Assembly (NCBI RefSeq): GCF_000315625.1
Contig: NW_005434518.1
Span: 19,566 to 83,565, forward strand
Reading direction: 5' to 3'
DNA from: Guillardia theta CCMP2712
Lineage: Eukaryota > Protista > Cryptophyta
DNA: 64,000 nucleotides
Shown: in pieces, positions 1-8,923 of the stretch
Position numbering within the stretch: position 1 is the first letter of the stretch
How the letters are laid out: every line of letters starts with the position of its first letter
Translations under genes and position numbers: made by a program
The notes under the pieces: model-generated
The model's input: the letters and a program-made list of their open reading frames with translations, nothing else
Told to the model about the DNA's origin: nothing
Database searches by the model: none

Positions 1-995
1 TGTAATAGCTTGTGAATAGAGTGTGAATGCGCAAGGCCAGACTGACACGCTCCGCCCCCGCATCTTCAGGACGACGCCGTCACGGTGATGGCGGCTATGC
101 GGATGCTGGCGGGGAGTCCGAGAGGGCTCAGTGAAGCGGGGGAGCGAGCTGCGTGTATGGGTAGAGGGGGTAGAGGCTGGGTATGCTTGTGCCACTGCGT
201 AGGGGCGGGAGAGTGGAAGAAGGCCCTGCCTGGCGGAGGCGGGCAGGCCTCGAGGGCTTGGGAGGGAGAAAGGGAGGAGGCTTGGGAGAAGGCACGGGCA
301 AGAAGGCATGAGAGGAGGGGCGAGAGCTTGGGAGTCGGGCAGTGGGAGCTGAAGGGGTCGGGTGAGCGATGGTATCTCTAGTAGTATATCTGGTTTGGTA
401 TCTTTCCTTCCCGGCGTCTCTACCCCAGGCCTCCTCCCCTGCGCCTCCATGAGCAGGTCGGGCAGCGGGTGCGCCTTGAGACATGCGAGCAGCAGGAGGA
501 GGACGCGACGGGATCAAGCTCCGAGACACGAGGCAAAAGCTTGCGGGGGAGGGGAGGAAGAGCGTTCTCAATACTGCAAGGCAGCATGTTTGTATCGTAC
601 GGGCTGTACGGCTACTTGACTTGGTTGACGCATGTCTTGATCCAGAGCGACTCATCCACTGCGACCGTTTGTGCCTCGTGACTCGGGTCACACGGACAAG
701 TAGAGTACTGCCCCTATTGAGATCCGATCTTATCTGAGGAGGCACATTCGTCTTCGAAATCGAGCCCTTTCGTCCCACGAGGCCGCCTGCGGCCACAAAC
801 CCCACACATGTGCGCCCTTCCCGCTTCTCATGGGGGCGTATCTCAAGCCTCCCAAGCCTTTCTCGCACCGCTTCGTACCCGCTGACCTGCTTCAGCCATG
901 ACGCCAGCCGTCCCTGCCTGCCCCTATAAGATCACCAGGACAAGGCCAGAGCCTCGGCTCACGCTTGCCATCCCGCACTCCCTCCCAGCCTGACC

Positions 996-1382
996 ATGAC
1001 CTGCTCTCCTGCTTCTATCGTCCTCGTCGACTCTAGCGTCCGGTGGTACCGCCCCGCCTCCTGCCTCCCTTCAAGCTCCCGGCCCAAGCGGCTCCTCCTC
1101 AGCCCCGACCAGCTCCGCTACCTCGAGCGCCTCCAGGACAAGCAGCGGCTGGCCAGCTCGGAGACCTGTGCGCAAGGGGAGGAGGACGCTGGGGCGGCTC
1201 GCGGCGGCAGGACGTCAGAGTCGAGACAGGCGTCAGCGGCAAGGCCGAGCCTGCTTGACGAGATAGGCAGAGTGCGGGAGAGCAGGGGGGCGACCGCCCG
1301 GAGACAGCGAGACGGGAGGAAGAGGAGGGCCCCGGAGGCGGGGAGAGCGGAGGAGGAGTGTAGCCGCGAGCTTGCGGTGTGA
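996..1382 (+). CDS. Orphan intronless small protein, array copy with A-type N-terminus MTCSPAS (128 aa)
   Basis: ccATG start, TATAA at 925-929, ORF intact in all six full copies, TGTAA motifs just downstream; no recognisable domain. Confidence 0.5.
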   Translation: MTCSPASIVLVDSSVRWYRPASCLPSSSRPKRLLLSPDQLRYLERLQDKQRLASSETCAQGEEDAGAARGGRTSESRQASAARPSLLDEIGRVRESRGATARRQRDGRKRRAPEAGRAEEECSRELAV

Positions 1383-2231
1383 GGGGCACAAGTGCATGTA
1401 ATGTAATAGCTTGTGAATAGAGTGTGAATGCGCAAGGCCAGACTGACACGCTCCGCCCCGTGATGGCGGGGGCTGAGTTGATGATTGTGCTGCACTGTGG
1501 GGGGGCTTGGGGACGGAAGATGGTGCTGCCTGAGAGCAGAGGCTGTTTATGTAGTATGCGTTGGTCTACTCTCAGACTGGGGCATCACGGGAGGGGTACT
1601 AAGTGAGTGTGAGGGGAGCTTTGAGTCTGCCGTTGCATGCTTGTGTCAGCTCGGATCGCTCAGGTGGCTGAGGGAGGCGCTTGGCACGTCGCTTGCCATC
1701 CCGGGCTGGTGATACGTCTAGATGCAAACCCGCCTCTTCTCCAGCTTCTTTCAATCAGAGAACACGCTCATGACTGGGCTGAAGCTGCGGGGTAGGAGGG
1801 GGGGCGCGCACTCTCAGATCGGTCTGCTGTAGACGCTCGCGTGCTGAAGCGCTACAGGTGCCCGACGGCCTCAAGCACCACGACATGCTCGTTCCGATGG
1901 ACAAGCTCGGGATCCATTGCCTGAGGTCGCAACTTCGTTTTCGACCTTTTGAGGCTCGTGACCGGTCACGAGGACCAGACTGGGATTGGAAGCGAAAAGC
2001 CTCAAGTTCGGATCGCCTTGAGGCTGACTTGCATGGCCTCCGCATCGCAATGACCTCTTCTCGTTACCGGGCGGCACCCGCCAAGGAGGCCTAAACCTCA
2101 ACCGCTCAGCCCCAGGCCTACTCTCTCCGTGCCACACTCGTGACTTTTGCTGTACGCCCCCGCAACTAGTCGCATGTAAGCCATCGCACTTGCGACACCC
2201 TCAAGCAAGCTGCTGCCGCCCCCTCCCTCCC

Positions 2232-2630
2232 ATGGTAGCCAAGTCCGTCGTCCTCGTCGAGTCTAGCGTCCGGTGGTACCGCCCCGCCTCCTGCCTCCCT
2301 TCAAGCTCCCGGCCCAAGCGGCTCCTCCTCAGCCCCGACCAGCTCCGCTACCTCGAGCGCCTCCAGGACAAGCAGCGGCTGGCCAGCTCGGAGACCTGTG
2401 CGCAAGGGGAGGAGGACGCTGGGGCGGCTCGCGGCGGCAGGACGTCAGAGTCGAGACAGGCGTCAGCGGCAAGGCCGAGCCTGCTTGACGAGATAGGCAG
2501 AGTGCGGGAGAGCAGGGGGGCGACCGCCCGGAGACAGCGAGACGGGAGGAAGAGGAGGGCCCCGGAGGCGGGGAGAGCGGAGGAGGAGTGTAGCCGCGAG
2601 CTTGCGGTGTGGGGGCAGAAGTGCATGTAA
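2232..2630 (+). CDS. Orphan small protein, array copy with B-type N-terminus MVAKS (132 aa)
   Basis: ccATG from spacer B is in frame with the core ORF. Confidence 0.5.
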   Translation: MVAKSVVLVESSVRWYRPASCLPSSSRPKRLLLSPDQLRYLERLQDKQRLASSETCAQGEEDAGAARGGRTSESRQASAARPSLLDEIGRVRESRGATARRQRDGRKRRAPEAGRAEEECSRELAVWGQKCM

Positions 2631-3624
2631 TGTAATAGCTTGTGAATAGAGTGTGAATGCGCAAGGCCAGACTGACACGCTCCGCCCCCGCATCTTCAGG
2701 ACGACGCCGTCACGGTGATGGCGGCTATGCGGATGCTGGCGGGGAGTCCGAGAGGGCTCAGTGAAGCGGGGGAGCGAGCTGCGTGTATGGGTAGAGGGGG
2801 TAGAGGCTGGGTATGCTTGTGCCACTGCGTAGGGACGGGAGAGTGGAAGAAGGCCCTGCCTGGCGGAGGCGGGCAGGCCTCGAGGGCTTGGGAGGGAGAA
2901 AGGGAGGAGGCTTGGGAGAAGGCACGGGCAAAAAGGCATGAGAGGAGGGGCGAGAGCTTGGGAGTTCGGCATTGGGAGCTGAAGGGTCGGGTGAGCGATG
3001 GTATCTCTAGTAGTATATCTGGTTTGGTATCTTTCCTTCCCGGCGTCTCTACCCCAGGCCTCCTCCCCTGCGTCTCCATGAGCAGGTCGGGCNNNNNNNN
3101 NNNNNNNNNNNNNNNNNNNNNNNNNNNNNNNNNNNNNNNNNNNNNNNNNNNNNNNNNNNNNNNNNNNNNNNNNNNNNNNNNNNNNNNNNNNNNNNNNNNN
3201 NNNNGCAAGGCAGCATGTTTGTATCGTACGGGCTGTACGGCTACTTGACTTGGTTGACGCATGTCTTGATCCAGAGCGACTCATCCACTGCGACCGTTTG
3301 TGCCTCGTGACTCGGGTCACACGGACAAGTAGAGTACTGCCCCTATTGAGATCCGATCTTATCTGAGGAGGCACATCCATCTTCGAAATCGAGCCCTTTC
3401 GTCCCACGAGGCCGCCTGCGGCCACAAACCCCACACATGTGCGCCCTTCCTGCTTCTCATGGGGGCGTATCTCAAGCCTCCCAAGCCTTTCTCGCACCGC
3501 TTCGTACCCGCTGACCTGCTTCAGCCATGACGCCAGCCGTCCCTGCCTGCCCCTATAAGATCACCAGGACAAGGCCAGAGCCTCGGCTCACGCTTGCCAT
3601 CCCGCACTCCCTCCCAGCCTGACC

Positions 3625-4029
3625 ATGACCTGCTCTCCTGCTTCTATCGTCCTCGTCGAGTCTAGCGTCCGGTGGTACCGCCCCGCCTCCTGCCTCCCTT
3701 CAAGCTCCCGGCCCAAGCGGCTCCTCCTCAGCCCCGACCAGCTCCGCTACCTCGAGCGCCTCCAGGACAAGCAGCGGCTGGCCAGCTCGGAGACCTGTGC
3801 GCAAGGGGAGGAGGACGCTGGGGCGGCTCGCGGCGGCAGGACGTCAGAGTCGAGACAGGCGTCAGCGGCAAGGCCGAGCCTGCTTGACGAGATAGGCAGA
3901 GTGCGGGAGAGCAGGGGGGCGACCGCCCGGAGACAGCGAGACGGGAGGAAGAGGAGGGCCCCGGAGGCGGGGAGAGCGGAGGAGGAGTGTAGCCGCGAGC
4001 TTGCGGTGTGGGGGCAGAAGTGCATGTAA
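3625..4029 (+). CDS. Orphan small protein, A-type copy (134 aa)
   Basis: As 996 copy; TGG replaces the TGA stop and extends the ORF by 6 codons. Confidence 0.5.
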   Translation: MTCSPASIVLVESSVRWYRPASCLPSSSRPKRLLLSPDQLRYLERLQDKQRLASSETCAQGEEDAGAARGGRTSESRQASAARPSLLDEIGRVRESRGATARRQRDGRKRRAPEAGRAEEECSRELAVWGQKCM

Positions 4030-5024
4030 TGTAATAGCTTGTGAATAGAGTGTGAATGCGCAAGGCCAGACTGACACGCTCCGCCCCCGCATCTTCAGGA
4101 CGACGCCGTCACGGTGATGGCGGCTATGCGGATGCTGGCGGGGAGTCCGAGAGGGCTCAGTGAAGCGGGGGAGCGAGCTGCGTGTATGGGTAGAGGGGGT
4201 AGAGGCTGGGTATGCTTGTGCCACTGCGTAGGGGCGGGAGAGTGGAAGAAGGCCCTGCCTGGCGGAGGCGGGCAGGCCTCGAGGGCTTGGGAGGGAGAAA
4301 GGGAGGAGGCTTGGGAGAAGGCACGGGCAAGAAGGCATGAGAGGAGGGGCGAGAGCTTGGGAGTCGGGCAGTGGGAGCTGAAGGGGTCGGGTGAGCGATG
4401 GTATCTCTAGTAGTATATCTGGTTTGGTATCTTTCCTTCCCGGCGTCTCTACCCCAGGCCTCCTCCCCTGCGTCTCCATGAGCAGGTCGGGCAGCGGGTG
4501 CGCTTTGAGACATGCGAGCAGCAGGAGGAGGACGCGACGGGATCAAGCTCCGAGACACGAGGCAAAAGCTTGCGGGGGAGGGGAGGAAGAGCGTTCTCAA
4601 TACTGCAAGGCAGCATGTTTGTATCGTACGGGCTGTACGGCTACTTGACTTGGTTGACGCATGTCTTGATCCAGAGCGACTCATCCACTGCGACCGTTTG
4701 TGCCTCGTGACTCGGGTCACACGGACAAGTAGAGTACTGCCCCTATTGAGATCCGATCTTATCTGAGGAGGCACATCCATCTTCGAAATCGAGCCCTTTC
4801 GTCCCACGAGGCCGCCTGCGGCCACAAACCCCACACATGTGCGCCCTTCCCGCTTCTCATGGGGGCGTATCTCAAGCCTCCCAAGCCTTTCTCGCACCGC
4901 TTCGTACCCGCTGACCTGCTTCAGCCATGACGCCAGCCGTCCCTGCCTGCCCCTATAAGATCACCAGGACAAGGCCAGAGCCTCGGCTCACGCTTGCCAT
5001 CCCGCACTCCCTCCCAGCCTGACC

Positions 5025-5429
5025 ATGACCTGCTCTCCTGCTTCTATCGTCCTCGTCGAGTCTAGCGTCCGGTGGTACCGCCCCGCCTCCTGCCTCCCTT
5101 CAAGCTCCCGGCCCAAGCGGCTCCTCCTCAGCCCCGACCAGCTCCGCTACCTCGAGCGCCTCCAGGACAAGCAGCGGCTGGCCAGCTCGGAGACCTGTGC
5201 GCAAGGGGAGGAGGACGCTGGGGCGGCTCGCGGCGGCAGGACGTCAGAGTCGAGACAGGCGTCAGCGGCATGGCCGAGCCTGCTTGACGAGATAGGCAGA
5301 GTGCGGGAGAGCAGGGGGGCGACCGCCCAGAGACAGCGAGACGGGAGGAAGAGGAGGGCCCCGGAGGCGGGGAGAGCGGAGGAAGAGTGTAGCCGCGAGC
5401 TTGCGGTGTGGGGGCAGAAGTGCATGTAA
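5025..5429 (+). CDS. Orphan small protein, A-type copy (134 aa)
   Basis: Intact ORF with two substitutions. Confidence 0.5.
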   Translation: MTCSPASIVLVESSVRWYRPASCLPSSSRPKRLLLSPDQLRYLERLQDKQRLASSETCAQGEEDAGAARGGRTSESRQASAAWPSLLDEIGRVRESRGATAQRQRDGRKRRAPEAGRAEEECSRELAVWGQKCM

Positions 5430-6260
5430 CGTAATAGCTTGTGAATAGAGTGTGAATGCGCAAGGCCAGACTGAAACGCTCCGCCCCATGATGGCGGGGG
5501 CTGAGTTGATGATTGTGCTGTACTTGGGGGGGGGCTGGGGAGATCAAGAAGGTGCTGCCTGAGAGCAGAGGCTGTTTATGTAGTATGCGTTGGTCTACTC
5601 ACAGACTGGGGCATCACGGGAGGGGTACTAAGTGAGTGTGAGGCGAGCTTTGAGTCTGCCGTTGCATGCTTGTGTCAGCTCGGATCGCTCAGGTGGCTGA
5701 GGGAGGCGCTTGGCACGTCGCTTGCCATCCCGGGCTGGTGATACGTCTAGATGCAAACCCGCCTCTTCTCCAGCTTCTTTCAATCAGAGAACACGCTCAT
5801 GACTGGGCTGAAGCTGCGGGGTAGGAGGGGGGGCGCGCACACTCAGATCGGTTTGCTGTAGATGCTCGCGTGCTGAAGCGCTACAGGTGCCCGACGGCCT
5901 CAAGCACCACGACATGCTCGTTCCGATGGACAAGCTCGGGATCCATTGGCTGAGGTCTCAACTTCGTTTGCGACCTTTTGAGGCTCGTGACCGGTCACGA
6001 GGACCAGACTGGGATTGGAAGCGAAAAGCCTCAAGTTCGGATCGCCTTGAGGCTGACTTGCATGGCCTCCGCATCGCAATGACCTCTTCTCGTTACCGGG
6101 CGGCACCCGCCAAGGAGGCCTAAACCTCAACCGCTCAGCCCCAGGCCTACTCTCTCCGTGCCACACTCGTGACTTTTGCTGTACGCCCCCGCAACTAGTC
6201 GCATGTAAGCCATCGCACTTGCGACACCCTCAAGCAAGCTGCTGCCGCCCCCTCCCTCCC

Positions 6261-6659
6261 ATGGTAGCCAAGTCCATCGTCCTCGTCGAGTCTAGCGTCC
6301 GGTGGTACCGCCCCGCCTCCTGCCTCCCTTCAAGCTCCCGGCCCAAGCGGCTCCTCCTCAGCCCCGACCAGCTCCGCTACCTCGAGCGCCTCCAGGACAA
6401 GCAGCGGCTGGCCAGCTCGGAGACCTGTGCGCAAGGGGAGGAGGACGCTGGGGCGGCTCGCGGAGGCAGGACGTCAGAGTCGAGACAGGCGTCAGCGGCA
6501 AGGCCGAGCCTGCTTGACGAGATAGGCAGAGTGCGGGAGAGCAGGGGGGCGACCGCCCGGAGACAGCGAGACGGGAGGAAGAGGAGGGCCCCGGAGGCGG
6601 GGAGAGCGGAGGAGGAGTGTAGCCGCGAGCTTGCGGTGTGCGGGCAGAAGTGCATGTAA
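6261..6659 (+). CDS. Orphan small protein, B-type copy (132 aa)
   Basis: Intact ORF. Confidence 0.5.
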   Translation: MVAKSIVLVESSVRWYRPASCLPSSSRPKRLLLSPDQLRYLERLQDKQRLASSETCAQGEEDAGAARGGRTSESRQASAARPSLLDEIGRVRESRGATARRQRDGRKRRAPEAGRAEEECSRELAVCGQKCM

Positions 6660-7491
6660 TGTAATAGCTTGTGAATAGAGTGTGAATGCACAAGGCCAGA
6701 CTGAAACGCTCCGCCCCATGATGGCGGGGGCTGAGTTGATGATTGTGCTGTACTTGGGGGGGGGCTTGGGGATTGAGGATGGTGCTGCCTGAGAGCAGAG
6801 GCTGTTTATGTAGTATGCGTTGATCTATTCATAGACTGGGGCATCACGGGAGGGGTACTAAGTGAGTGTGAGGCGAGCTTTGAGTCTGCCGTTGCATGCT
6901 TGTGTCAGCTCGGATCGCTCAGGTGGCTGAGGGAGGCGCTTGGCACGTCGCTTGCCATCCCGGGCTGGTGATACGTCTAGATGCAAACCCGCCTCTTCTC
7001 CAGCTTCTTTCAATCAGAGAACACGCTCATGACTGGGCTGAAGCTGCGGGGTAGAAGGGGGGGCGCGCACACTCAGATCGGTTTATTGTAGACGCTCGCG
7101 TGCTGAAGCGCTACAGGTGCCCGACGGCCTCAAGCACCACGACATGCTCGTTCCGATGGACAAGCTCGGGATCCATTACCTGAGGTCTCAACTTCGTTTG
7201 CGACCTTTTGAGGCTCGTGACCGGTCACGAGGACCAGACTGGGATTGGAAGCGAAAAGCCTCAAGTTCGGATCGCCTTGAGGCTGACTTGCATGGCCTCC
7301 GCATCGCAATGACCTCTTCTCGTTACCGGGCGGCACCCGCCAAGGAGGCCTAAACCTCAACCGCTCAGCCCCAGGCCTACTCTCTCCGTGCCACACTCGT
7401 GACTTTTGCCTGTACGCCCCCGCAACTAGTCGCATGTAAGCCATCGCACTTGCGACACCCTCAAGCAAGCTGCTGCCGCCCCCTCCCTCCC

Positions 7492-7872
7492 ATGGTAGCC
7501 AAGTCCATCGTCCTCGTCGAGTCTAGCGTCCGGTGGTACCGCCCCGCCTCCTGCCTCCCTTCAAGCTCCCGGCCCAAGCGGCTCCTCCTCAGCCCCGACC
7601 AGCTCCGCTACCTCGAGCGCCTCCAGGACAAGCAGCGGCTGGCCAGCTCGGAGACCTGTGCGCAAGGGGAGGAGGACGCTGGGGCGGCTCGCGGCGGCAG
7701 GACGTCAGAGTCGAGACAGGCGTCAGCGGCATGGCCGAGCCTGCTTGACGAGATAGGCAGAGTGCGGGAGAGCAGGGGGGCGACCGCCCGGAGACAGCGA
7801 GACGGGAGGAAGAGGAGGGCCCCGGAGGCGGGGAGAGCGGAGGAGGAGTGTAGCCGCGAGCTTGCGGTGTGA
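7492..7872 (+). CDS. Orphan small protein, terminal B-type copy (126 aa)
   Basis: Intact ORF with the TGA stop allele. Confidence 0.5.
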   Translation: MVAKSIVLVESSVRWYRPASCLPSSSRPKRLLLSPDQLRYLERLQDKQRLASSETCAQGEEDAGAARGGRTSESRQASAAWPSLLDEIGRVRESRGATARRQRDGRKRRAPEAGRAEEECSRELAV

Positions 7873-8923
7873 GGGGCAGAAGTGCATGTAATGTAATAGC
7901 TTGTGAACAGAGTGTGAATGCGCATGGCTAGGATTGGAGATGATTTTCATTGTCCACGTTGATTGTGACGAGATCGGTCAGTGCAAGTGATCTGCTGTCT
8001 CAGCAAAGTTGCCAGTTTGGTTACAGCCATTTCAATCAGTAGTATGAGTCAAGGATGACCTTTAATGTTTGAGTAAAGGATGTGTTTCAGACTGACATAC
8101 TTCCTGTCGGAACAACTCAAAGTCAAAAGGATTGACCTTGGAAGACTGAGATGATCCCACCTCTCAACTGATGACGACATTCAGAGTGTCAACTGCCTGA
8201 GTGACATCGGCTCTAGTCAATCATGACTACTGAGCTAGCCTGACGACGGTCACTGCACTACTGACTGGTTATTGACTGAAAGTACCTGGGCAGAGTGCCG
8301 GTTACATATCTCTACCAGACCGTTACAAAAAGACCGGTAGTTACCCACACCGGTACAGTCACTTGACCCCACCCCTCAACTAATAAGGAAATTTGGACCA
8401 CCATTCAGTCATAGGGAGGGGTCATGGGGTCATGGGGGTCGTGGCCTTCCAGTGGGGTTCCCTGCCTACGCGCTTCCAGGTATGGCGGGAAAGGGAGAAG
8501 GCGATGAAGAATGGAATGGGTGGTAGCGACGAAGAGAGACAGAGAAGACAAAGGGATAAGAACAGGCTGGATGAAATGAAAGAAATGATAAGCTCAAGTC
8601 CCAACTGAAATGTTGAATTTCTGCTTTTGTAGCTTCAATAAGAGCCTCCCACAAACAGGGCGAGAGAATTGAAAATGATGGTGTGAGGTAGGTTGTTGGA
8701 CAGCCTCTGCATGGAAGTCGATGCCAGCAACTGGATATGATCGTGTTGTGCTATGCTTGCATTTTGCCGTCGTACATGTCAGAAGTAGTAAGGACTTGCA
8801 AAGCTCCAGCTTATAGTTTGTTGGAGCGCTACTGTGCATTTAGAGAGCTTGGTGGAATGGAGTGTGCGTAGACTTGTGCTAATGCTGTGTTCTGCATACA
8901 GAAGAAAATCTTCAAGCGCAGAA

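Larger units (their letters stand above)
1..7924 (+). repeat. Composite tandem array: shared ~445-bp core alternating with spacer A (~955 bp) or spacer B (~785 bp), order A-B-A-A-B-B; extends past the left window edge
   Basis: The same core position recurs at 1043, 2273, 3672, 5072, 6302 and 7533, giving periods of 1230, 1399, 1400, 1230 and 1231. A partial core occupies 1-58. The last core runs into unique sequence after ...GAATGCGCA (7924). Confidence 0.97.

Noticed and set aside
670-746. tRNA gene (tRNA-sized with a closing stem)
   Set aside because: No TTCRA T-loop, U8 or canonical D-arm on either strand
720-775. Hammerhead ribozyme/retrozyme in spacer A (CTGAGGA...CGAAA with upstream CGATC)
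   Set aside because: Stem II has only ~2 pairs, and only 4 nt separate the putative cleavage site from CUGA, so stem I cannot form. No type I topology is possible either.
128-868. 246-aa minus-strand ORF in spacer A
   Set aside because: Non-ATG start, GC-driven composition, and frame changed in another copy
1235-1285. WH2 actin-binding motif in the array protein (RPSLLDEIGR)
   Set aside because: Lacks the following LKKV/T-like element and is too short to support
1014-1459. Core repeat as the LTR of a TRIM/LTR element
   Set aside because: No TG start, PBS or TSD is visible; the core boundary lies inside an ORF started from both spacers
1490-1525. Hypervariable spot in spacer B copies
   Set aside because: Sits on a G homopolymer, so sequencing or slippage noise is likely
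1858-2094. Tyrosine-recombinase box (GIHCLRS) in the spacer B ORF
   Set aside because: Downstream catalytic motifs are absent, there is no ATG at the called start, and the residue varies C/W/Y between copies
1-7924. CRISPR-like repeat-spacer array
   Set aside because: Repeats are ~445 bp with only two recurring ~0.8-1 kb spacers; eukaryotic context and no cas genes
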